Shown one piece after another: positions 28,063 through 36,860 of a stretch of DNA of 64,000 nt; within the stretch, counting starts at the first letter, position 1, and every line of letters begins with the position of its first letter. Both the position numbers and the translations under genes were made by a program. The stretch covers positions 64,001-128,000 of IMG/VR virus record IMGVR_UViG_3300021962_008382; one strand, 5' to 3'. The notes beneath the pieces are model-generated. The model saw only the letters and a list, made by a program, of their open reading frames with translations, did not search any database and was not told the DNA's origin. The DNA comes from a virus.

Positions 28063-29406
28063 TTAAAATCCGCAACTCTTTCTTATAGCCAAGCTAGAAT
28101 TTCCCCCGCCTGATACATCCCACCAATCTGTATACCCGCCTACCACAGATACCGGTGACGACCGATTAGTAGTACAATTATTACCTAAGGAGTCGCCGTT
28201 CCCCCAACTCCAAAGCGTACCATTTTGTCTTAATCCTAGCGAATGTGTAGAACCAGCACTTATTTTACACCAATCGGTAAATCCCCCTACTACCGATACT
28301 GGTGAAGGTTGACTACCAATGGCACTATTATTACCTAATTGTCCGCTTGCACCTCGTCCCCAACCCCAAGCCGTTCCGTTTTGTCGTACACCTAATGAAA
28401 ACATGTACCCGCCGGATAATTGACACCAATTTGTAAATCCTCCTATTACTGATACAGGGGACGATCTAGTATATCCTGCGCCGCTGTAGCCATCGCCTAA
28501 TTGACCGTAATAATTGTTGCCCCATGCCCAAGCTGTGCCTCCTGTTCTTATCGCTAAAGAATGTTTAAACCCGGTCGATAGCTGGCACCAATCGGTAAAC
28601 CCTCCTACTACGGAGACTGGTGAACTTGTAGATGATGTACTATTATTCCCCAACTGACCACAGTCATTAAACCCCCAAGCCCAAATTGTTCCATTAGTTC
28701 TTAAACCTAGGGAATGAAATCCTCCTGCAGATACACGAGACCAGTCAGAAAATGCAATGATAGAAACAGGAGATGTTCTATTAGTAGTACTATTATTTCC
28801 TAATCTTCCGCTGCCACCGCAACCCCAAGCCCAAGCCGTGCTATTGGTTCGTACCCCCAGGGAATGTTCTCTTCCTGCTGAAACCTGACACCAATCTGTA
28901 AACCCACCTACTACCGAAACAGGTGATGATTTATTTTCCGTTGTATTATCCCCTAATCTACCACACGTATTATTTCCCCACGCCCTTGCAGTACCGTTAG
29001 AACGAACGGCTAATGAATGACAAAGACCGGATGAAACTTGACACCAATCTGTAAAGATTCCTACAACAGATACGGGTGAAGATTTATTTACCGTAGTATT
29101 GTCTCCTAACTGCCCATCGCTATTATTTCCCCACGACCAAACAGCGCTCGTTATACCGCTTACATCGCTTGTCCAAGCAGCCCCGGTGCTAAAATAGTAC
29201 TTAGATTCATTTGTAACGTATACAAATCTACCAGTATTACAAGAAGCGGTAGGCAATGAGGCTTGACATGCAACACTAAAAACAGTACATTTATCATTAA
29301 GCTGACATTCAGAACCAGTTAACTGAAGTATCTCTAATGCAGTTAAATTAGATCGAGTAGCTGCTTGATTTATACAGTTGATTAAATCATTAACACCAAA
29401 AGTCAT
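28063..29406 (-). CDS. RCC1-like beta-propeller protein (paralog 1)
   Basis: 7 RCC1-type repeats; Cys-rich N-terminus. Confidence 0.9.
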   Translation of the reverse strand: MTFGVNDLINCINQAATRSNLTALEILQLTGSECQLNDKCTVFSVACQASLPTASCNTGRFVYVTNESKYYFSTGAAWTSDVSGITSAVWSWGNNSDGQLGDNTTVNKSSPVSVVGIFTDWCQVSSGLCHSLAVRSNGTARAWGNNTCGRLGDNTTENKSSPVSVVGGFTDWCQVSAGREHSLGVRTNSTAWAWGCGGSGRLGNNSTTNRTSPVSIIAFSDWSRVSAGGFHSLGLRTNGTIWAWGFNDCGQLGNNSTSSTSSPVSVVGGFTDWCQLSTGFKHSLAIRTGGTAWAWGNNYYGQLGDGYSGAGYTRSSPVSVIGGFTNWCQLSGGYMFSLGVRQNGTAWGWGRGASGQLGNNSAIGSQPSPVSVVGGFTDWCKISAGSTHSLGLRQNGTLWSWGNGDSLGNNCTTNRSSPVSVVGGYTDWWDVSGGGNSSLAIRKSCGF

Positions 29407-29409
29407 TGT

Positions 29410-30045
29410 TTACCCCAGTGCTAATATAGATAACGTTCTCGCGTATTGATCGGTAACTCCTTCTGCCCCACCACCAGTTGCTGTGGAGTTAATTCTACCA
29501 TTAGCGTCGATAGTTATACTTTGTCCGGCTGTTAGAGCTGCTACAACTCTAGTATTAGTAAAATATAGATTACCGGATTCAGCTATGTTAGCCGTTGAAA
29601 GAACAACTGTACCGGTAAGACCGTTAACGGAATCGACTGCACCACCACCAGTTGCTGTGGAGTTAATTCTTCCATTGGCATCGATAGTGATACTCTGGCC
29701 AGCTGATAGCGCAGCAATAGACCTAGCATTGGTAAAATATAAATTACCGGACTCGGCTATGTTAGCAGTAGTTAAGGTGACTGTACCAGTAAGATCGTTA
29801 ACGGAAACGACATTAGCTGTAGAGCTAAAGACACCGGTACCGCTTGAATAGCTTAAACTTCCGCTAGCGCTAAATTTATTTCTTATATTAGCAGTATCAA
29901 CTTCAAGATTAATTCTGGCGTTGGCAGCATCTTCTGCACCTGTACCACCGTAAGATACCGAGACAACATCCCCGGATAAAAATTCCCCTAAAGCGGTTAC
30001 ATTTGAACCGTCATAAATTGCTTTTACCGGAATACGGGTAGTCAT
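29410..30045 (-). CDS. fibre/virion protein with TANIAESGNLYFTN repeats
   Basis: GGTGA..A.NARINL fibre motif; two ~58 aa repeats shared with the neighbour gene. Confidence 0.7.
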   Translation of the reverse strand: MTTRIPVKAIYDGSNVTALGEFLSGDVVSVSYGGTGAEDAANARINLEVDTANIRNKFSASGSLSYSSGTGVFSSTANVVSVNDLTGTVTLTTANIAESGNLYFTNARSIAALSAGQSITIDANGRINSTATGGGAVDSVNGLTGTVVLSTANIAESGNLYFTNTRVVAALTAGQSITIDANGRINSTATGGGAEGVTDQYARTLSILALG

Positions 30046-31250
30046 TAGTTAATCCTTAATGTGGTTACGCTTGAACCATCACTCTTAGTAAATGGTAGAT
30101 ATACATTAGCTAGAGATTGATTCAGAATAGTATCTGAAATCCTCAGTTGAATCGACTTATAAACGTTAGTATTATCATAAAATGGGAATACTTTATTAGT
30201 TGACCCAATAGTGACAGTATTTGTAACGTTGTTAGTTGTAACATCTAATAATCCGGCAGCAGCAATAGTTAATGTTGATTCACCGTTTGCATATAAACTA
30301 CTCTGACCGGTAACACTTATTGTGGTAAAAGAGTTTGATACTGTACCAGTGCCGGTTGCTGTAGAGGTAATCAAACCATTAGCATCGATATTTATGCCGG
30401 CTCCTTCAGTGAAGGCGTTTATGGCTCTTGCATTAGTAAAGTATAAATTACCCGATTCAGCTATATTAGCGGTAGTTAAGGTAACTGTACCGGTAAGACC
30501 GTTAACTGAAACGACATCTCCAGTTACTGTCGAAGATATTAACCCGTTAGAATCGATATTAATACCAGTACCTTCCGTGAAGGCATTAATTGCTCTGGTA
30601 TTAGTAAAATAAAGATTAGTTAATTCAGTAACGTTAGCAGTTGTTAGACTAGCTGTATTAGCTTTGGTAGCTAATGAATTAATAATACTTGTTGAAAAGC
30701 TAGCGTCATTTCCTAGAGCATTTGCCAGTTCGTTCAACGTATCTAGGGTCGCAGGGGCTGAATTAACAAGGTTTGCAATCTCATTACTTACATGCGATAC
30801 AGTTGCATATCCGATACTAACTACATTGGAATATACTCTAGCATTAGTAAAATACAGATTGCTTGATTCAGCTATATTAGCGGTAGTTAAGGTAACTGTA
30901 CCGGTAAGACCGTTAACGGAATCGACCGCGCCCCCGCCAGTTGCGGTAGAGTTAATTCTACCATTAGCATCAATAGTAATACTTTGACCGGCTGTTAGAG
31001 CTGCTACAACTCTAGCGTTAGTAAAGTATAAATTACCCGATTCGGCTATGTTAGCAGTTGTTAATACAGATATGTTACTGTTAAGGTTAGCAACATCTGT
31101 CTTTAAAGCTAAAGGAAATCCCCCTGCAGTTGACCCGTCATGAACAACTACAGTCTTTTTAGAAGTATCTACTGTAACTTCTGCTGCAGCACCAGTAAAT
31201 GTGCTGTGAGCAAGAGTATTACCTTTTCTTAATTGAAGTTGAATGGCCAA
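30045..31250 (-). CDS. tail fibre protein with Mtd_N-like N-terminus and NLYFTN repeats (TTG start)
   Basis: MAIQLQLRKGNT..HSTFTGAAAEVTVDT.K.TVVVHDGSTAGGFPLA; APATLDTLNELANALGND fibre motif; four NLYFTN repeats. Confidence 0.75.
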   Translation of the reverse strand: MAIQLQLRKGNTLAHSTFTGAAAEVTVDTSKKTVVVHDGSTAGGFPLALKTDVANLNSNISVLTTANIAESGNLYFTNARVVAALTAGQSITIDANGRINSTATGGGAVDSVNGLTGTVTLTTANIAESSNLYFTNARVYSNVVSIGYATVSHVSNEIANLVNSAPATLDTLNELANALGNDASFSTSIINSLATKANTASLTTANVTELTNLYFTNTRAINAFTEGTGINIDSNGLISSTVTGDVVSVNGLTGTVTLTTANIAESGNLYFTNARAINAFTEGAGINIDANGLITSTATGTGTVSNSFTTISVTGQSSLYANGESTLTIAAAGLLDVTTNNVTNTVTIGSTNKVFPFYDNTNVYKSIQLRISDTILNQSLANVYLPFTKSDGSSVTTLRIN

Positions 31251-31745
31251 TCAAAGATCCCCATAATCGACTGTAGCGCTACTAAACGGTTCATACACAA
31301 AACCATAATCAAAGGCTCCGCTTGAAGTAGCAATATCTACAGTTACCTGACTACCAACAGCCGAAGCTGTTATTCCTGTTCCAGTAAAGTTAATCGATGA
31401 TACTGAATTTGTTATGTAAGTGCCTTGATTAAGTACTGATAGGTTTGACTGAACCGCACTTACTTGTACTTTAGCTATACCATTAGCTCTATCAATAATA
31501 TCAAAACCCGATTCATTAAACTGTAAGATTCTTACATCGGAAACGGATTTTGAGACTGTATTGCTTGTATCAGCTAGTTGAATGGTAAGATTAGAACCAA
31601 CGACGATAACATTACCTGAACCGTCTTTGGTGTAGAGGATACGATCGACAAGGTTTACAACGGGTTCGCCGACTTGTACGTTAGCAGCGTCTGGTATTTT
31701 ACCCGACACTGATGATCGTTTTAATTGTATACTATTGCCAGCCAT
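31251..31745 (-). CDS. short tail-fibre connector-like protein
   Basis: IQLKRSSVSGKIP....GE..VN..D..LYTKD resembles T4 long-tail-fibre subunit N-termini; ends DYG. Confidence 0.6.
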   Translation of the reverse strand: MAGNSIQLKRSSVSGKIPDAANVQVGEPVVNLVDRILYTKDGSGNVIVVGSNLTIQLADTSNTVSKSVSDVRILQFNESGFDIIDRANGIAKVQVSAVQSNLSVLNQGTYITNSVSSINFTGTGITASAVGSQVTVDIATSSGAFDYGFVYEPFSSATVDYGDL

Positions 31746-31796
31746 TGACGGCTTTTTCCTTTGCTATATAGCGAATTCTAGACTATGTAGTCTAGA

Positions 31797-31979
31797 TTAA
31801 TATTCTGAAGGTTTTTCTTTTTTCTTCTGCTTATCAATCTGCTCGTTAAGTTTACTATTTATCTCTACTGCTAACTGCAATTGAGATTCTAAAACTATTA
31901 CCTGGGCTTGTAAATCATTTAATTTTTTATTAGTTTTTTCCATAACTAAATTCATAAATTTAGCGTTATCAATCTGCAT
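31797..31979 (-). CDS. small coiled-coil protein (possible fibre chaperone)
   Basis: 60 aa heptad-rich ORF with RBS GAGG. Confidence 0.55.
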   Translation of the reverse strand: MQIDNAKFMNLVMEKTNKKLNDLQAQVIVLESQLQLAVEINSKLNEQIDKQKKKEKPSEY

Positions 31980-31990
31980 AAAACCTCATA

Positions 31991-32009
31991 AGGGGGGACA
32001 AGCCCCCCT
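31991..32009 (-). terminator. GC-rich hairpin after the long fibre gene (weak terminator or processing site)
   Basis: AGGGGGG-ACAAG-CCCCCCT; short U tail. Confidence 0.45.
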
Positions 32010-32022
32010 ATTTCAAAATTAA

Positions 32023-33969
32023 TTAATATGTACCACCATCAATACCCCCAAACACCGGAACACCAGAAGCATTTAGCTGAAGAACTTGATACGCTGTACC
32101 GGTAACAAGACCTACTGCTGATGTACCTTGACCATACAGGATAGCATTTGTTGTTAAAGTACCTCTTCCTGTACCACCATCACCCACTGTAATATTGGCT
32201 GACAGACCAGATACGGTTCCTCCGGTTAAATTTGCTACCAGGGTAGCGATAGAATAACCATTACCAGAAATATTTACGGTAGTAGTTAGGTTACCACTAC
32301 CTTGCAGACCTTGGAATAATCTGAAATTACCATCAGATGCATCTCGGAATAAACCAGCGTGCTCGTGTTCACCCCCATCAGTGTTGTAGCTGCCGTAGAA
32401 ACCAATATCAACAACATCAGAAGATGTATTGTTATTAGCAAGCTGAATTAAAGAGTCATTAATAATTAAATTATCAGCACTATGAGTAATTACATTACCG
32501 GTAACATTTAAGTTGCCGAGAACGTTTAAGTCTCTCGTTATAGTTACATCATCTGGTAAACCGACCGTGATAGAACCGTTTGCTGCAGATACAGTAATTT
32601 CATTTGTTGTACCAGCTAAACTTGTTACCCCGGTATTAACAATCGTAAAGGCGTTGCTTGCAACGCTTGTACCAATACCTGTACCACCTTTAATGGCAAG
32701 TGTCTCAGATGCAAGTGATAACGTATCAGAACCTGAATCACCTACTAGGCTTAGATCGGTTGAGATAGATACGTTAGCAGCTGATGTTAAGCGACCCTGG
32801 GCATCAACTACAAAGGTTGGGATCTGGGTAGTACCACCGTACGAACCGGCTGTTACTGCTGTGCTTGCCAGACTAATAGTTGGTGTGGCACCTTCAGTTC
32901 CGAAGTTAGAGCCTGTTAAGCCAGTGCCTGGTACAACGTTAGCAAGATAATTACCGGTAGTATCTGTACCAAGTCGAACAGAATTTTCTTGAATCGATGC
33001 AGAGAATGAACCACCATCAGCAGTTGAAATGGTAAATGTATTACCAGATGCTGAGAAGTTAGTTACACCTGCTACAGCTACGTTAGCTGCAGATGTAATT
33101 CTACCATATTGATCAACGGTTATTACAGGAATCTTCGATGCGCTGCCGTATGTGTTAGCAACTACACCGGATGTTTCGAGAGCAACGGTAATAGTATTAT
33201 CAGTTAGAGAAGTATCGATACCTGCACCACCAGATACTCTAAATACATCCCCGTTGTTAATGGTATCACCAGCGCCAGAATCAGCTGCTAATGTAAATGA
33301 TACGGAAACACTTGTATTGGTAGCAGATGTTATTCTGCCTTGAGCATCAACCACCAATGTTGGGATTTGAGTTGCACCACCGTAATGACCAGCAGAAACA
33401 CCAGTGTTAGTTAGAGCAACAGTTGGTGTAGCTGTCTCACCGCCTTGGCCAGTTACGGTAATACCTGTACCAGCTAAGACGTTAGAAACATAATCACCGG
33501 TAGTGTCTGTACCTAATGCAACAGAGTTAGATTTAACGTTTGCATTGATAGTAACATCACCCGTACCATCAAAATAGACATTACCTTCTAAGTCACCTGC
33601 AAGGGTAATGTTTCTAGCAGTCTGTAGTTTGGCTGCTGAATTAGCAACCCCGTCAATTACACCCTGTACGTTACCTACAAAAGTTGCAGCTGTAATAACG
33701 TTTGCGCTAAAACTACCTAGGCTGTCTCTTAACACCAGGCTGTTTGCTGATGTACTGCTAGATGCATTATCAATCTTGTCGGTATAATACTTACCACCAA
33801 GAGTGTGTATTACAGGGCTGCTACCCGAGTCTAATACTTCAATATAAAGTTTGGCGTTTGCACCATTATTACTTTGATCATACGAGTAAGCTAATTCACC
33901 TTCTTCCAATACTGAAGTAGAAGGCGCTGCAATATTAGCAGAACGTTTTATCTGAATTAATGTTGACAT
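32023..33969 (-). CDS. long tail fibre protein
   Basis: IQIKRS..GELAYS N-terminus; repeated YG....IP...VD..GRITSA and LGTDTTG.Y fibre units; ends IDGGTY. Confidence 0.8.
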   Translation of the reverse strand: MSTLIQIKRSANIAAPSTSVLEEGELAYSYDQSNNGANAKLYIEVLDSGSSPVIHTLGGKYYTDKIDNASSSTSANSLVLRDSLGSFSANVITAATFVGNVQGVIDGVANSAAKLQTARNITLAGDLEGNVYFDGTGDVTINANVKSNSVALGTDTTGDYVSNVLAGTGITVTGQGGETATPTVALTNTGVSAGHYGGATQIPTLVVDAQGRITSATNTSVSVSFTLAADSGAGDTINNGDVFRVSGGAGIDTSLTDNTITVALETSGVVANTYGSASKIPVITVDQYGRITSAANVAVAGVTNFSASGNTFTISTADGGSFSASIQENSVRLGTDTTGNYLANVVPGTGLTGSNFGTEGATPTISLASTAVTAGSYGGTTQIPTFVVDAQGRLTSAANVSISTDLSLVGDSGSDTLSLASETLAIKGGTGIGTSVASNAFTIVNTGVTSLAGTTNEITVSAANGSITVGLPDDVTITRDLNVLGNLNVTGNVITHSADNLIINDSLIQLANNNTSSDVVDIGFYGSYNTDGGEHEHAGLFRDASDGNFRLFQGLQGSGNLTTTVNISGNGYSIATLVANLTGGTVSGLSANITVGDGGTGRGTLTTNAILYGQGTSAVGLVTGTAYQVLQLNASGVPVFGGIDGGTY

Positions 33970-33985
33970 TTATTACTCTCTCTCT

Positions 33986-34210
33986 TTAGTATGTGCCGCC
34001 GTCAGCAATTAGCTGCTTAGTCTTAAATTTTTTAGCCTCTTCATCATATGTTAAAATATAACCGTCTTCTAGTAAAGAAGTATCTACGTCTGTAAGACTC
34101 GTAAGAGTTATATCTCCAGCGCGTCTCACTACAATTGAGCTTGTGGAGCTTGTTCCTTGAACCACGGAAACCGGGTTTCTAGTACCTTGTATAACTCTTA
34201 CGGCAGTCAT
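33986..34210 (-). CDS. small virion protein
   Basis: LTDVD..LEDGYILTYD motif; ends ADGGTY like the adjacent fibre. Confidence 0.65.
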   Translation of the reverse strand: MTAVRVIQGTRNPVSVVQGTSSTSSIVVRRAGDITLTSLTDVDTSLLEDGYILTYDEEAKKFKTKQLIADGGTY

Positions 34211-34536
34211 TTGGTTACCTCGGGATAGACTGTTATTATTCCTTCTACAACTCTTTCAACGTAGTTGGTGGTTACAATTTCTACGTCATAGACATATCTA
34301 CCAGCTTTCAAAGCAGACGTCTGTGTATCGGTTAATGAAAGGTCTATCTCACCTTCGGTCGGATTATCAATAGTAACGGTAAAAGCTGTATTAGTATTTG
34401 TGTAGTATGACCTCTTCAATTGAGCTCGACCAGTAAAACCTGTAAGATTTTTAGCGGTACCAGTATCATCAACTACCGAAATGGTAGCATTAAATGTTGT
34501 ACCTTGGTCGATTGTAAGATTAGAAATAGAAGCCAT
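34207..34536 (-). CDS. virion structural protein (Ig/BppU_N-like fibre adaptor)
   Basis: NLTIDQGTTF...LKAGRYVYDVEI...RVVEG motif common upstream of fibre genes. Confidence 0.7.
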   Translation of the reverse strand: MASISNLTIDQGTTFNATISVVDDTGTAKNLTGFTGRAQLKRSYYTNTNTAFTVTIDNPTEGEIDLSLTDTQTSALKAGRYVYDVEIVTTNYVERVVEGIITVYPEVTK

Positions 34537-34553
34537 ATTAACCCTCGTACCAT

Positions 34554-34561
34554 TATTTATA
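34554..34561 (-). promoter_or_regulatory. late promoter TATAAATA
   Basis: Exact consensus upstream of 34536. Confidence 0.8.
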
Positions 34562-34703
34562 TTTTTAGAATTTGGATTAAGTAAATTTCTAAGTTACAAC
34601 CCAAATATAGTTGTAACTAATAGAATTCTTATAAAATATAATATATTGGAAACAAAGAACTTCTAGAAAAGTATAGTTAATCAGACTATCTTTTTACAGC
34701 ATA

Positions 34704-35438
34704 TTACGGTTCTTTTCGATTTAACTTGAATATCTTTTTTACTGCATATAATTTTCGATAGAACTGCGGTGTGTCTCCATATGCTTCATTTTTTGTATAG
34801 TCAACTTGAGCGTCTGTACCGGGCCCGTATCCGGCAACAATATCTTTACCGTAGAAAGGTATAATATGCAGTAATGGTTCGCCTGCTTTAATATGAACAT
34901 TGCATTTTCGTTTTGGCGAACATATAAAGTTCGTTACTGAGAATTTTTCATAATCAACAGAACCACTCCAAAGATGTAAATCATCTAGCCAGGTAGCATG
35001 ATATAGCGGGGGTAAACATAATGCAGAAATATTTTTCGAAGTACGTATATACCATGGGCACTCAAACTTTATAACCGTTAGTGGAACCCCATCCTCAGGT
35101 GTAAAGAACCCATCAACAATAGAAGCATCCATGTTTATAGGCGGTCTAAAGCCTCTATCCCCCCTGATTGCTGAACCTATTTCACCAATAACACCTGCTT
35201 TATTTGCAAAAATTTTCATGTCAACCCAAGCTGGTATTATATAACCTAATCGACTATAGTCGATAATGCCAGGGCAATGAGGGAACTTAAACACACCGTA
35301 TTTTTCTATTTGATTCGCTTTAGATTTAGGGGTAACATCCTGTGCTCGTTGTACGGGTAACCGATGATATGTCTGTCTCGATACATCAATAAACTCAAAT
35401 TCAGGTGTTTTTTTCTTCAAAAAATTAAATAATTTCAC
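34704..35438 (-). CDS. hypothetical protein (DUF6065-like), paralog B
   Basis: CPGIIDYSRLGYIIP..D; KFECPW; G.VD; GEPLLHIIPF; paralogous to the upstream gene. Confidence 0.6.
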   Translation of the reverse strand: MKLFNFLKKKTPEFEFIDVSRQTYHRLPVQRAQDVTPKSKANQIEKYGVFKFPHCPGIIDYSRLGYIIPAWVDMKIFANKAGVIGEIGSAIRGDRGFRPPINMDASIVDGFFTPEDGVPLTVIKFECPWYIRTSKNISALCLPPLYHATWLDDLHLWSGSVDYEKFSVTNFICSPKRKCNVHIKAGEPLLHIIPFYGKDIVAGYGPGTDAQVDYTKNEAYGDTPQFYRKLYAVKKIFKLNRKEP

Positions 35439-36166
35439 TTGCGAGATTCTCTCAGTTCATTTGTATAAACCCCGTGTCTCGTACTTTGAGCTATTCGTAT
35501 ACGCTCTATCTCTCGGAATTCTTTTTTACTCATACTACGAATAATAGGTTCTTTAGATATTTTATAAATTTCTCGATGAATTGGTATAGCTACCACTATA
35601 GGTGTACCAGCATTAAGAACACCGTCAAAGTTAGCAGTGTGCCAAATTGCTGGGAAGTTGACTTCTTTTACATATGTATCTGTGTCTACTAAACCAGCTA
35701 GACATGTGAAGTGAGCTTGCTCTACGTCATTAATAATGGGCAGAAATAACGTCGACCACCCGGGCGCGGTCTTTACTACCCACCAGTTAAGAAATTTAAT
35801 TGGTGGTGCCGGGTACCCGGGCGCAGCAGAGCCTCCAATCTGATCAACATTATGAAACTCTACTGACTTGACGGTCGGTCCGTTTTTAGCTTCAATAATA
35901 GCACAAGTAGAGCTAGATCGTATACCAACATCAGCTTGTAACGGAATAACAAAACCGATTGACATTGCGTCAAGTAGCGGCATGCATTTTTTTGCAGTTA
36001 ACCCAGGTCGTCCAATACTATCGATACTATCTGGTAACGTAGGTTTTATCCTCTTAAACCAATCTGGAATGCACTTCGCAGCTGGCTTAGGAGGAAGTAA
36101 TGATCCTTCAAATTCTGGGTGACACGTAAACTCGATTATAGGGGATTTGCGCCATAAATTAAACAA
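35435..36166 (-). CDS. hypothetical protein (DUF6065-like), paralog A
   Basis: IPDWFK, KKCMPLLDAMSIGFVIP, KTAPGWSTLF, GLVDTD, GTPIVVAIP. Confidence 0.6.
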   Translation of the reverse strand: MFNLWRKSPIIEFTCHPEFEGSLLPPKPAAKCIPDWFKRIKPTLPDSIDSIGRPGLTAKKCMPLLDAMSIGFVIPLQADVGIRSSSTCAIIEAKNGPTVKSVEFHNVDQIGGSAAPGYPAPPIKFLNWWVVKTAPGWSTLFLPIINDVEQAHFTCLAGLVDTDTYVKEVNFPAIWHTANFDGVLNAGTPIVVAIPIHREIYKISKEPIIRSMSKKEFREIERIRIAQSTRHGVYTNELRESRK

Positions 36167-36860
36167 AAGACCTCTCCACGAAGGTTATACCTTTCTTTTC
36201 AAAAAAATCATAATCAGCTTTGTAGAACGCTTTAATTCGAGCCGCCTGTTCTGTAGTTACAGTATCATAATAGTCTGCTGCATCAGTGCTGTTCTGTCTA
36301 CCTGCAGAATTATAAGACGGTAAATCTAACAGCGGGACTAATTTGTTATATTCAGCTTCATAATCATGGTAATTAAGTAATACTGTATTATCATTGATAT
36401 ATTCAGTTTGTAGCGAAAGAAGATCTACAGTTGTAAAAAACGCTCTAGATTCTAGAGCAGTTAGATATTCATCTAGAGTAACATTATTTAGTGTGGGTTT
36501 TTCATCGATATTAAATTTCTTTCCCCAAATTAAATGAAATAGCGCAGCGCCTCTTGAATATACTTCAAAGCTTAGTTTAGGGTCGGTACGAGCTTTTTCC
36601 CATTGCGAAATAGAATATCGCCAACCAGATACAAGTCTTTCTATAGGGTCTCTGTAGAATGCGTAGTGGGTTAGTTTACTATAATCTATTTCTGAAAAAA
36701 ACTCTCCCATAACACGCTGTAGCTGATCTTTCTTAATATGTGTCCAGACGCTAGCGTATTTAGATCGACCGTGTTTCGCCTGATATGCTAGCCGAACAGT
36801 AGTAGATCCTGTTTTAGGGATTTCTAAAAATAAACAACCTGTTGATTCGTTAATTATCAT
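36159..36860 (-). CDS. sulfotransferase (Sulfotransfer_2-like)
   Basis: FLEIPKTGSTTV (5'-PSB), RDPIERLVSGW (3'-PB), C-terminal FYKADYDFF. Confidence 0.82.
   Translation of the reverse strand: MIINESTGCLFLEIPKTGSTTVRLAYQAKHGRSKYASVWTHIKKDQLQRVMGEFFSEIDYSKLTHYAFYRDPIERLVSGWRYSISQWEKARTDPKLSFEVYSRGAALFHLIWGKKFNIDEKPTLNNVTLDEYLTALESRAFFTTVDLLSLQTEYINDNTVLLNYHDYEAEYNKLVPLLDLPSYNSAGRQNSTDAADYYDTVTTEQAARIKAFYKADYDFFEKKGITFVERSFV

Larger units (their letters stand above)
20554..29406 (-). repeat. 42 RCC1-type ~153-nt coding repeats across six tandem paralogs
   Basis: 6 genes x 7 repeats counted from the translations; recurring DNA motif tgacaccaatcggtaaa on + strand. Confidence 0.9.

Noticed and set aside
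20554-31250. Diversity-generating retroelement (Mtd-like N-terminus, near-identical repeats, variable Asn-rich loops)
   Set aside because: No reverse transcriptase or non-coding template repeat in the window; differences between repeats are not adenine-specific; Mtd_N is only an anchoring domain. A DGR elsewhere in the genome cannot be excluded
34562-34703. AT-rich intergenic stretch with a 9-bp inverted repeat (34592-34618) as ncRNA or origin
   Set aside because: Weak AT-rich hairpin with no recognisable RNA family features
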